Positions 29,317 through 39,300 of a DNA stretch of 64,000 bases are shown here, piece by piece. The position numbers were made by a program, and so were the translations under genes. Source of the stretch: Gammaproteobacteria bacterium (lineage in GTDB: Bacteria > Pseudomonadota > Gammaproteobacteria > JAJFKO01); the NCBI GenBank assembly GCA_028284465.1, contig JANQRR010000027.1, forward strand, positions 2,181-66,180, in the 5' to 3' direction. A model generated the notes under the pieces. It did no database searches. It saw only the letters and a program-made list of their open reading frames with translations, and was not told the DNA's origin. Numbering within the stretch: the first letter of the stretch is position 1; every line of letters starts with the position of its first letter.

Positions 29317-30399
29317 TTAACGCAACTTCAATGTTGCCAAACCAAGCAACACTAAGATCACCGTGATGATCCAAAAGCGCACGATGACGCGTGGCTCTGG
29401 CCAGCCTTTTAATTCGAAGTGATGATGCAGTGGTGCCATCCGAAAAATACGCTTGCCAGTCAATTTAAATGATGCAACTTGCATGATCACTGAAATGGTT
29501 TCAATCACAAAAATCCCACCCATGATCAATAATGCTAATTCTTGCCGTACCACAACTGCAACGATCCCTAAACCTGCTCCTAAACCTAACGCACCAACAT
29601 CGCCCATAAAAACTTGTGCTGGATAGGTGTTAAACCATAAAAATCCTAAGCCTGCACCAACTAACGCTGCACAATATACTACAACTTCACCAACGCCTGG
29701 CACGTATGGGATCACTAAATACTTAGCAAATTCGGCATTACCCGTAGCATAAGCAAACACGCCTAACGCACCGCCTACTAATACAATAGGCAAAATAGCT
29801 AAACCATCTAAGCCATCTGTTAGATTAACTGCATTACTACTACCAACAATGACAAAATACGTTAATACGATAAAAAACCAACCCAGTGGAACCACTGCTT
29901 GCTTGAAAAAAGGCACGACTAATTGAGTTACTGTAGGATTAGTTGCGGTAAAATATAAAATTAACGCAGCAACGATCCCAATGATCGATTGCCAGAGAAA
30001 TTTTTCACGCGCAGATATTCCTTTGCTATTTTTTAAAATGAGTTTGCGATAATCGTCGATCCAGCCAATCGCACCAAATCCTAGTGTTACTAATAACACG
30101 ATCCATACGTAACCATTGCTTAGATCAGCCCACAATAATACACTGATCGCTATGGCCAATAATATAAATGCGCCCCCCATGGTAGGCGTGCCCGCTTTTT
30201 GTAAATGCGATTGTGGTCCATCTTCGCGGATCATTTGGCCGACTTGATTGGCTTGCAGCCAACGGATCATCCGCGGGCCAATCAATAACGCAATAAATAA
30301 GGCCGTTAATGCACTTAAAATCGCGCGAAACGTTATATAATGAAATACAAAGAAGCCATGAAAATAATGGTGCAATAATTGAGTTAACCACAATAACAT
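29317..30399 (-). CDS. mraY: phospho-N-acetylmuramoyl-pentapeptide transferase
   Basis: 360-aa membrane protein with the motifs [13 protein letters not shown] and HHHFE. Confidence 0.95.
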   Translation of the reverse strand: MLLWLTQLLHHYFHGFFVFHYITFRAILSALTALFIALLIGPRMIRWLQANQVGQMIREDGPQSHLQKAGTPTMGGAFILLAIAISVLLWADLSNGYVWIVLLVTLGFGAIGWIDDYRKLILKNSKGISAREKFLWQSIIGIVAALILYFTATNPTVTQLVVPFFKQAVVPLGWFFIVLTYFVIVGSSNAVNLTDGLDGLAILPIVLVGGALGVFAYATGNAEFAKYLVIPYVPGVGEVVVYCAALVGAGLGFLWFNTYPAQVFMGDVGALGLGAGLGIVAVVVRQELALLIMGGIFVIETISVIMQVASFKLTGKRIFRMAPLHHHFELKGWPEPRVIVRFWIITVILVLLGLATLKLR

Positions 30400-30409
30400 G
30401 CTGCTTTTC

Positions 30410-31885
30410 CTACTCTGCTAATAACTCTTGTACTAAATTAATATCACTAAACGGCTTTATCGTATGCCCTATGACTTGATAGTCTTCATGACCTTTACCG
30501 GCTACTATGATAACATCTTGCGGCGTCGCTGTCGCTAGTGCTCGCTGCACCGCTTGGCGACGCTTCGGCTCATAAATGACTTTGGATTTGTTTACAATAC
30601 CTTGCAAAATATCAGCTGCAATACTCAATGGATCTTCGCGCCGCGGATTATCATTGGTTAGAATGATTTGCTCACAATAATTTTCAGCGACACTACCCAT
30701 TAATTGACGCTTACCACGATCACGCTGGCCACCACAACCAAAAACACAAATCAATCGCCCTTGAGTATGTTGCTTTAATGTTTCTAACGCTTGTTGTAAA
30801 GCATCTGGAGTATGCGCATAATCAACTACAACTGCAGGTTTTCGTCCGCCACCAAACATTTGCATACGCCCTTGTGGGCAGCGCAATGTCGGGATTAACG
30901 CTAAACTTTTTTCAAGCGGTATTTGCAAACATGTTAATGTTGTTAACACTGCTAACAGATTACGTAAATTAAATTCACCAACTAAATTCGCTTGTAATTG
31001 TCCCTGTTGATCACCAAAACTCACATCTGCAGTGATCGTTTGTAAATTTTGGCTGATGCCTTGAGCGCGCATGACAGTTTGTACTGCATTGACTTGACGA
31101 TCAGCATGACAGCTATAACCAAGTTGTTTGACCTCAGCAGGAATACGTGATGTTAACTCCACCCCAAAAGGATCATCGAGATTAATAATCGCTGTGTTTA
31201 ATTTGTAATGTTCAAATAACTTAGCTTTAGCATTGCCATAAGCTTGTAGATCACCGTGATAGTCAAGATGATCGCGACCTAAATTAGTTAATACACCGAT
31301 ATTAAAATCTGTGCCAGCAACTCGATCTTGTGCAAGCCCGTGTGAAGATACTTCTAACGCCACAACTTCGGCACCAGCGCCTACCATTTCCGCAAAAAAT
31401 GCTTGCAACGCAATAGGATCAGCTGTGGTATAACGACTTCGCTTAAGCTTGCCATAAATTCCATTACCTAACGTTCCCGCAACACCACAGGTGATCTTAA
31501 GTTGTTGTAAGGCTTGTGCTAACAAATGACAAAAAGACGTTTTACCATTAGTACCTGTTACCCCAACAACGGTAAGCTTAGATGATGGATGGTCATAAAA
31601 ACGCGCAGCAATTTCGCCAACGTGTTGGCGTAGATTGGTTAATGCTACAGTCGGCACAGCAAACTGCTGCGGCACACCAGAATCATAAATAACAGCTGCC
31701 GCACCTTGTGCAATCGCCTCACGAATGTAACGGCGGCCATCAACTCGTAAACCAGGCAAAGCAAAAAATAAATCGCCGGCTTGCACTCGTCGACTATCTA
31801 ATGCAAGCCCAGTGATTGGTTGCGAAGCATGTTTTCCAACTTCAGCAATTCCCTGCAATAATTCGCCTAATGTTTTAATTCCCAT
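30410..31885 (-). CDS. murE: UDP-N-acetylmuramoyl-L-alanyl-D-glutamate--2,6-diaminopimelate ligase
   Basis: 491 aa with GTNGKT and the DNPR motif (TNDNPRRED). Confidence 0.93.
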   Translation of the reverse strand: MGIKTLGELLQGIAEVGKHASQPITGLALDSRRVQAGDLFFALPGLRVDGRRYIREAIAQGAAAVIYDSGVPQQFAVPTVALTNLRQHVGEIAARFYDHPSSKLTVVGVTGTNGKTSFCHLLAQALQQLKITCGVAGTLGNGIYGKLKRSRYTTADPIALQAFFAEMVGAGAEVVALEVSSHGLAQDRVAGTDFNIGVLTNLGRDHLDYHGDLQAYGNAKAKLFEHYKLNTAIINLDDPFGVELTSRIPAEVKQLGYSCHADRQVNAVQTVMRAQGISQNLQTITADVSFGDQQGQLQANLVGEFNLRNLLAVLTTLTCLQIPLEKSLALIPTLRCPQGRMQMFGGGRKPAVVVDYAHTPDALQQALETLKQHTQGRLICVFGCGGQRDRGKRQLMGSVAENYCEQIILTNDNPRREDPLSIAADILQGIVNKSKVIYEPKRRQAVQRALATATPQDVIIVAGKGHEDYQVIGHTIKPFSDINLVQELLAE

Positions 31886-31891
31886 ATCTTG

Positions 31892-33580
31892 TTAACTTAC
31901 CTTTATGTTATCTGGTGGTATATTTAATACCCGTAGCGCCCCTCCCATGATCTGAGCAAATACTGGCGCTGCTACTAATCCGCCATAGTATACGCGACCT
32001 TGCGGATCATTCATAACCACAGCGACAACTAAACGTGGATTAGTAGCAGGAGCAGTACCCACGAACATGCCAATATGATGATGTCGCAAATAGCCATGTG
32101 GCCCTACAATCCTTACTGTACCTGTTTTTCCTGCGACCCAATACCCAGGAATTCGCGCCGCCGGTGCAGTTCCACCGCGGGTGATCACTGAACCCAACAT
32201 GTTCACTACTTCTTTAGCAATACGTTTAGGGATCACCTGCTTTGCCACGGGTCTTTTCGTATATTTAAGGAGGGTTAATGGATGTTCAATACCACCATCC
32301 GCTAAGGTTGCATAAGCATGTGCTAACTGCAGATCGGTAACTGCTAAACCATAACCAAATGACAAGGTTGCCAAGGTAAAAGGCGACCACACATTATGAT
32401 GCGTTAGTTTTCCTGGACTTTCCCCCGGAAAACCAATTCCAGTTAATTGACCAAAACCCACATTATGTAATAACTGCCATAAACTTGCCGGTGGCAAACT
32501 CAAGGTAAGCTTAGTGATACCAATGTTACTTGATTTCTCTAGAATATCAGTAATCGTCAATACTCCATTATTCACATAACCGGAATCATGTACTTTATGT
32601 CCAGCTACCATTAACCATCCTGGTGAAGTGTCAATTTTACTGTTTGGAGTATAGTGATGGCTGGCTAAAGCATTGGCGACACTAAATGCTTTAATCGTTG
32701 ATCCAGGTTCAAACATATCGGTAACTGCACGATTACGGTAACGCCAATCATGTTTGCGTGGACGTAAATTTGGATCATACGATGGATAATTCGCCATTGC
32801 TAAAATTTCGCCGCTGTGTACATCAATCACAACAACTGATGCAGATCTCGCTTGAAACTTTGTGGCGGCGGCTTTTAAATCGCGATAAGCTAAATATTGC
32901 AAACGGTAATCAATACTTAAAGTTAAATCACGGCCTGACTGCGGTTTACGGCTCACTTGAATATCTGCCACCACATGACCCAATCTATCTTTAATAACTT
33001 TTTTCTCTCCAGGTTCACCACGCAACCAATCATTATAAGCTAACTCTAATCCTTCCTGGCCTTGATCATCAATATTAGTAAAACCGATCACCTGAGCACT
33101 GACTGCACCTTGTGGATAATAACGCCGATACTCGCGACGAAAAAATAACCCAGGAATATGTAATGATGCAATTTTCGCTGTTAAAGTTGGTGACAAACCA
33201 CGTTTTAAATATAAAAATTCGCGTTTATCGCGACTGTGAACTCTAGCTTTAATATCATCGGTAGCAAGGTTGAGTAAACTTGCTAATTGCTTTAATTGTT
33301 GCGGCGGCGGATGAAATAATTTTGGATTCACCCAAGCTGCAGCAACTGGAGTACTAATTGCTAATGCTTTGCCGTTACGATCGACTATCATGCCCCGATA
33401 TGCAGGCATGCTAACATTACGGATCGTACGCGCATTACTTTGGCTGCGTAAAAATGCACGGTCCACAATATTTAAATCGATCATTCGCCATATTAAACCT
33501 GCGACCCCAACAATTAGGGCAACCGATATTAATATAAAACGCCAACGAAATTGCTCATTACTGCGCTTAAAATTATTCAC
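31892..33580 (-). CDS. ftsI: peptidoglycan D,D-transpeptidase FtsI (PBP3)
   Basis: 562 aa with an N-terminal TM helix and the transpeptidase motifs STIK, SSN and KTGT. Confidence 0.93.
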   Translation of the reverse strand: MNNFKRSNEQFRWRFILISVALIVGVAGLIWRMIDLNIVDRAFLRSQSNARTIRNVSMPAYRGMIVDRNGKALAISTPVAAAWVNPKLFHPPPQQLKQLASLLNLATDDIKARVHSRDKREFLYLKRGLSPTLTAKIASLHIPGLFFRREYRRYYPQGAVSAQVIGFTNIDDQGQEGLELAYNDWLRGEPGEKKVIKDRLGHVVADIQVSRKPQSGRDLTLSIDYRLQYLAYRDLKAAATKFQARSASVVVIDVHSGEILAMANYPSYDPNLRPRKHDWRYRNRAVTDMFEPGSTIKAFSVANALASHHYTPNSKIDTSPGWLMVAGHKVHDSGYVNNGVLTITDILEKSSNIGITKLTLSLPPASLWQLLHNVGFGQLTGIGFPGESPGKLTHHNVWSPFTLATLSFGYGLAVTDLQLAHAYATLADGGIEHPLTLLKYTKRPVAKQVIPKRIAKEVVNMLGSVITRGGTAPAARIPGYWVAGKTGTVRIVGPHGYLRHHHIGMFVGTAPATNPRLVVAVVMNDPQGRVYYGGLVAAPVFAQIMGGALRVLNIPPDNIKVS

Positions 33581-33905
33581 TCAACAATACCACGTGACTC
33601 GTCGTTGGAAAATACATACCAAGATGATGGCTGGCAATGCGCTGCACCCGCGTTGGCGCAGCCAACGTACTACGTGCCAATAACAATTGCCCCCATTGAA
33701 CTTGCATTTGTTGTGTTGCTTGGCGTAATCCAGCCAACTCACCAATATTACGACGGTTGAGATCTTTAACATAGATAACCGTTACTGCATTGATCAAAAC
33801 GATCATCAATAACAATCCTACTGCAACATTAATGCGTGAATAAAACCCAAGCCAAAAATTGGTTAATGAATAACTTCGTGATAAAGCATGCGCCGCAGCA
33901 TTCAT
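33573..33905 (-). CDS. ftsL: cell division protein FtsL
   Basis: 110-aa bitopic protein between rsmH and ftsI. Confidence 0.75.
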   Translation of the reverse strand: MNAAAHALSRSYSLTNFWLGFYSRINVAVGLLLMIVLINAVTVIYVKDLNRRNIGELAGLRQATQQMQVQWGQLLLARSTLAAPTRVQRIASHHLGMYFPTTSHVVLLSE

Positions 33906-34840
33906 GAGATCCGCTCCGAAATTCGTAATACTGCACTACGCGCCCGCGGATTGCGCGCAATTTCCGCAGCACTTGCACGGATTTTACTTGGGCCGACTCG
34001 CCGTAATTTAGGCGTAGCGACCGCTGCTTGCTTAACCGGAATATACGCCGGTAACTGTGGCCCACGTTGTTGGGTTTGCATAAACTTTTTCACTATTCTG
34101 TCTTCCAACGAATGGAAGCTTATCACTAACAAGCGTCCACCCATTTTTAATAATTCTACACATTGAGTTAAACCACTTTTAAGATCATCTAACTCACGAT
34201 TAATAAAGATCCGGATCGCTTGAAATGTTCGCGTTGCCGGATGTTTATGACGCTCTTTGAAAGGTAATGCTGCAGCAACAATGTTAGCTAACTGCCTAGT
34301 CGTCGTTAGCGGAATGTGACCTCTCTCTTGCACCACTGCTGCAGCAATTCGTTTGGCAAAGCGTTCTTCACCATAGTCTTTCAGAACTTGTGCCAACTCT
34401 TCGGCACTGACGTTAGCAAGCCATTCGCTTGCACTTATGCCTTGAGTTGGATCCATACGCATGTCTAATGGTCCTTCTTGCATAAAACTAAAACCTCGTT
34501 GTGGATCATCTAATTGTGGTGACGACACCCCAAGATCCAATAATATTCCATCCACTTTGCCGACTAGGTTATAGTGGTCAGCGAATGCTGCTAGCGATGC
34601 AAACGATCCTTGTTCAACATGCATCCGTGGGTCAGCACAACACCGGCGTGCATGTTCAACGGCAGCAGGATCTTTATCTATCGCTAACAGCATTCCCTGC
34701 TCTCCTAGTCGCCCTAAAATTGCTCTGCTATGGCCACCGCGGCCAAATGTTCCATCAATATAAATTCCATTCGGAATAATATTTAAATGTTCTATCACTT
34801 CATCGATAAGCACCGGTTGATGCTGCAATTCCTTGCTCAT
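33902..34840 (-). CDS. rsmH: 16S rRNA (cytosine1402-N4)-methyltransferase
   Basis: 312 aa with HQPVLIDEV and [10 protein letters not shown] motifs. It follows mraZ. Confidence 0.95.
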   Translation of the reverse strand: MSKELQHQPVLIDEVIEHLNIIPNGIYIDGTFGRGGHSRAILGRLGEQGMLLAIDKDPAAVEHARRCCADPRMHVEQGSFASLAAFADHYNLVGKVDGILLDLGVSSPQLDDPQRGFSFMQEGPLDMRMDPTQGISASEWLANVSAEELAQVLKDYGEERFAKRIAAAVVQERGHIPLTTTRQLANIVAAALPFKERHKHPATRTFQAIRIFINRELDDLKSGLTQCVELLKMGGRLLVISFHSLEDRIVKKFMQTQQRGPQLPAYIPVKQAAVATPKLRRVGPSKIRASAAEIARNPRARSAVLRISERIS

Positions 34841-35292
34841 ATTGATATCGATTTCATTTCATCAGGCACTTCATCATCTTTGAGTTGGCTACTGATCCAA
34901 TCATCACGATGTTGTTGCCAAAGTTCTTCACTCCAAAGTTCAAATTTTTTGCCTTGCCCGATTAACATAACCTTCTTATCAAGTTTGGCGTATAAGCGTA
35001 GCAAGGACGGCAACAACAGCCGCCCATTGCTATCCATCTCCAACTCGGTGGCGTGACCGATTAAGAGGCGTTGGATACGCCGAGCCTGCGCATTGAAACT
35101 CGGCAAACTCTCCAACTTTCTCTCAATATGCTCCCATTCCGTTAAGGGATACAGCAACAAACAGGGCGCTTCCGTATCGATCGTGACTACCACTTGGCCT
35201 TCACACTCTTCGCTCAAGCGGTCGCGATAACGTGTTGGAACCGCAACTCTGCCTTTGGCATCAAGGTTAATGGCGCTGATCCCTCGAAACAT
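34837..35292 (-). CDS. mraZ: transcriptional regulator MraZ
   Basis: 151 aa starting [19 protein letters not shown], with the duplicated SpoVT/AbrB-like motif. It is the first gene of the dcw cluster. Confidence 0.95.
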   Translation of the reverse strand: MFRGISAINLDAKGRVAVPTRYRDRLSEECEGQVVVTIDTEAPCLLLYPLTEWEHIERKLESLPSFNAQARRIQRLLIGHATELEMDSNGRLLLPSLLRLYAKLDKKVMLIGQGKKFELWSEELWQQHRDDWISSQLKDDEVPDEMKSISI

Positions 35293-35323
35293 TGATCACT
35301 CCTAAAATGCCAAACTCAATAAA

Positions 35324-35387
35324 CTCCACAATCTTCCACTTTTCTCCACATAGCTACACTATAGTAAAAAGGTGGCAATTTTGTCAA
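35324..35387 (-). promoter_or_regulatory. dcw (Pmra-like) promoter plus MraZ operator
   Basis: On the minus strand, TTGACA (35387-35382) is separated by 18 nt from TATAGT (35363-35358). Three direct repeats GTGGAG / GTGGAA / GTGGAG follow at 35349, 35339 and 35329, with exact 10-bp phasing. This matches the known MraZ-box arrangement. Confidence 0.65.
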
Positions 35388-35523
35388 GGCAAAACCCCAC
35401 AAAATAATGAAGCAATGATGATTTTGATTGGTATGTTATTGAATATTATGGAATTTTTTTATTTGTTTTTTAAGATATTATTTTCAGATTAATTATTAAA
35501 GTGATTGGCGTGAAGTAAATATT

Positions 35524-35817
35524 TTAGGGTGTTGGTTTATATTTTGAGGAATAATTGCAATCAGCAAGCGCCGTAACTCGTTCTAGCTCTCCTATCGTAT
35601 TTCCAAATGCATTAAATAAAGCAGCCCTGTTCTTAATGATTTGGAGCCCCGTTCTAATAGCATTTTGCTGGGTTTGAAAATTACATTCTAATTTCCTATT
35701 TATTTCTTCTAAGTTTTTCTTTAAATAAGCAACACTGGCTTTATCTTCTTCAATACGTCGTCCAACTAACTCTAGTCTTGTATACAAATTATTTTCTGCT
35801 GCACTATTTATTGGCAT
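35524..35817 (-). CDS. hypothetical 97-aa protein, predicted helical/coiled-coil
   Basis: Only the ORF supports this call and no family is recognised. It lies between rnpB and the dcw promoter. AGGAGAGAA lies upstream of the ATG. Confidence 0.35.
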   Translation of the reverse strand: MPINSAAENNLYTRLELVGRRIEEDKASVAYLKKNLEEINRKLECNFQTQQNAIRTGLQIIKNRAALFNAFGNTIGELERVTALADCNYSSKYKPTP

Positions 35818-35840
35818 AACAATTCTCTCCTAGCATTAAC

Positions 35841-36197
35841 ATGAGTCGGCCGATAAGCCGGGTTCTGTCGTGGACAGTCATTCATCTGGGATATGTGTCA
35901 CCACATTCCTCAAGCAACCTACCCAGACCATTGCGTGGGTCACGCAAGTGGCTTTTACACCGTTGGCCTCTATTTGGTCTTGCTCCCGGTGGGGTTTACC
36001 CTGCCACTGCTGTTACCAGCAGTGCGGTGCGCTCTTACCGCACCATTTCACCCTTACCTTACGGCGGTATATTTTCTGTGGCACTAGCCGTAGGCTTACG
36101 CCCCCCAGGCATTACCTGGCACCGTACCCGTTGGAGCCCGGACTTTCCTCCCTTTGATCTGCAAGCAAATCAAAGCGCGACTGTCTGACCGACTCAC
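35841..36197 (-). ncRNA. rnpB: RNase P RNA, bacterial type A
   Basis: The reverse complement carries the universally conserved blocks GGAGGAAAGTCCGGGCTCC, GGTGCCAGGTAA.GCCTGGGGGG, GGTAAGGGTGAAA.GGTGCGGTAAGAGCGCACCGC and AGATGAATGACTGTCCACGACAGAACCCGGCTTATCGG. All are near-identical to E. coli M1 RNA. Confidence 0.93.
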
Positions 36198-36330
36198 TTT
36201 ATATTGTAATATTTGCGCAATCTTGTAGCAAGTTTATTAGTTGCTATATTATTTTTTTTATAAGAAACCACAAGAATTGTTCTTGCCCTAAATTAGCAGG
36301 AAAATCGTTGGTTTTCTGTTTGGTTAGATA

Positions 36331-39300
36331 CTAATTTAATAAGCTTCTCTTTTGAAATACATGACTTGAATGCTCTAAACTTTGTTGTAGCTCTTGAATT
36401 AGCTTTCCACCATCAGTTTGTTTCCAGAATGTCATACTATTTCTATGACTAAAGAGAAAAGCTATATCAATAAAGTTTCCTGCGGTATCTTTAGCGTTGT
36501 TTCTCACAATTGCATCAAATACACGCAAGCGTTGTGATGGTTTTCTACTAGTGTCATACAGAACATCGAGTAACTGCAAAATAATTTTTTGCTTTCTACC
36601 AATATTACATAAAAATTGTACTTTTTTGTCATAAGGATTGTTATTAGTACCATGTAAAGCTTCGTTAATTTCACCTGGATTAATGCCTATCATTAGCTGA
36701 GAATATTCATACGAATATTTTTCATGATACACGGGCATAATTGGCAACTCGTTTCTTTCACAATATTTTTCATGTTGTTTAATAAGATGTTGTAAATAAT
36801 TAACAAGCTTACTAATACAATCATCAACTAATTTTTGCTTAGGATCTTGTTGCGCAAATCTGAATAATGGCTCTATAGCATCAGGATCGCATTGCTCCTT
36901 TTGAACATCTGTCGCTGATAATCGCTGCAACTGTTGCATAGCCTTAGAGAACTGAACAGTTTTCTCCAGAAATTGTTCTTCAACATAGTGAGATTTACTT
37001 TTAGTTCTATGGAAAATGACATGATACAGTTTTGATAGAATTCTTCTTAATCTCGATGGTTTTTTTAATGGTCTAATTATCTGTTCATTTACTAACGTTA
37101 AATCTTCCATTAGCTTACTTTTATTCAGTGCTTTAACTGCGCTTAGATGAGCGAAACTTTCTTGCAAACCCTTTAGAAATCTATACTTTCTATCACTTGA
37201 ATCACGTTCTGAAGTTGGATCTACTAGAGTTTGAAGCCTTGTTAGAGTTGGTGAAGCACTATTGTTATGTTCTTGAGATAAACTTCTAAATACCTTTATT
37301 ATAGCTGGTACACTTTGGCTTCGCTGGGTAGCAATACTGCCACTTTGAGTTATTTGATTAAAGTAACATTGGCAGTCAATTACTTCTTTAAATAAATCAG
37401 TTAAGTGGGGTACAATTCTTTCGATTTTAGTACTGCCGAGTTCCCATTTTTTAGATTGTCGGTCAACTTTAACCTCACAAAATTCTTTGATTATAGTATC
37501 AAATTGTTTATTTCTTAATAACTTTCGTAAACGAACAATATCTTTAGCAACATCTTTTAACTCTAAAATAGTCTCGCAAGAAAGATCTTGAGCTTGTATA
37601 GTTGGATTATCACCTTTGGCAATTGTCAATAATAACAAATAAATATCATCACTCGTTAAATCACCAATATAGGTTTCAATAACTAATGCCAGTTGCGGCA
37701 ACTTAACAACTCTTGCAAATTGTTGTCGAAACAATTTATTAATTTTCCTACGATCAAGATAACTTTCAGGTTTCGCTCTTTCATCAATATCTTTAGCTAT
37801 TTCATCAAGTTTTTCTGAAGCCTCATTAACCAAATCATTAAGTGATGAAAAATCTTCAGATAACTCTCGAGCAAATGTCGTTTTGAATATATTAAATGCT
37901 TCTGCAAAATCTAAAGTTTCGGCTGTATGTAAATGAAGTAGAAGTTTATGCACGTATTTGTTTAGTTTACTATCATCTGACAATATCGTTTGCATTTCTT
38001 TGAAATGCCTTGCAGCAAGAAATTTTTTAGCATTATCCAAAAATTTTTCACTCTTAATATAACTTTTAAGTTTGCTGATAAGTGAATTATTCTCAGGCCC
38101 TGCATGATCTTTTAAAGCTATCTTTAGATGTTCTTCTAAGTTTTTAAGAGAATCAATACAGTCTATAGAATCATTCAATGATAAATTTTCAAGGCCTGGG
38201 ATATCTTTAAGGATCACCAATAATAAGTTTTGAATTTCAGCTCTTATTCGGGGATCAATTTTAGCTGCTATATCATTAATATCTGAAGCATCCATGCCAC
38301 GCGTTTTTTCATTAAGTAAAGTTTGAATTCGTTCAATGTGTTCCCTATGTTTATATAATAAAGCTGGCCATTCGGAATAACCTTGTGTTTTTTCCAATAT
38401 TTCAGCTATTTTTTCATTATTAAACCATTTAAGCATAGCTGGAAGCAATTTTTCACGTGCACGTGAATTAATTGCTGATTTCGGCTGAGAAATTAAATAG
38501 CTTGCTGGATTAATGTTAGCAAAATTTGGGATATATTGTGCAGAATTTGCCTCAATATCATTAGCCATAGCTCCTAGTTCAGCAAAAGCTGATTTTGCTG
38601 CATTATCTAGTGTTTGAATTTTTTCACTTTCTTTTAAGCAAAGCTCACGATTAACAACCATTACAAATATCTTGGCAATTTTATCACTGTCAGGAGAATT
38701 TTCAGCTAAGAGTTTGGTGACTAATTGTGTACAAATAGTTTTTGATAATTTTGAATCACTAAAAGCCTTTTTAATGTGTATTAAATCTTGATTTGTAAAC
38801 ATAGGCTCAAGCAACATGAGAGCTTCTGGTTTACGTAAAAAATCTACCATACCATTAATTACAAGTTTTTTGAAATGAGCTTTTTTATCAAACTTTTTAC
38901 GACCACCTTTTCTCGTGAATAAACTCTTTAATTTTTGGGCTCCATTATCTAACGCTGCTGCCATCTTAGCCTTAATAAAAATCTGTGACATTGAAGATTC
39001 TAATTTTTCTGCAGACATTTGAGCTGTTTTTTCTAAGTCTCTCGTATGACTTTCAATAAACCGAGCAGGCAACAGCTTGAAACTTTCAAGCTCACCAAGT
39101 ATTTTTGCCATTAATATCTTTGATTTGCTTGTTAATTCTGCAGTATTTCCTGATTGTTCCAACTTTGCTAATTCTTCAAAGCGCCCCGCATATTTAAAAA
39201 ATATCTCATGCCACCGATCACATTCATTAGCAGCAGCAATTACTCTTTGCTGATGCTCAGGAACAATCGTTTTACTAATAACAGGAATGATTTTGTCCTT

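Noticed and set aside
35841-36188. Three overlapping plus-strand ORFs (115, 95 and 64 aa)
   Set aside because: They cover the RNase P RNA gene (minus strand), whose conserved blocks are unmistakable. The ORFs are artefacts of a GC-rich structured RNA locus.
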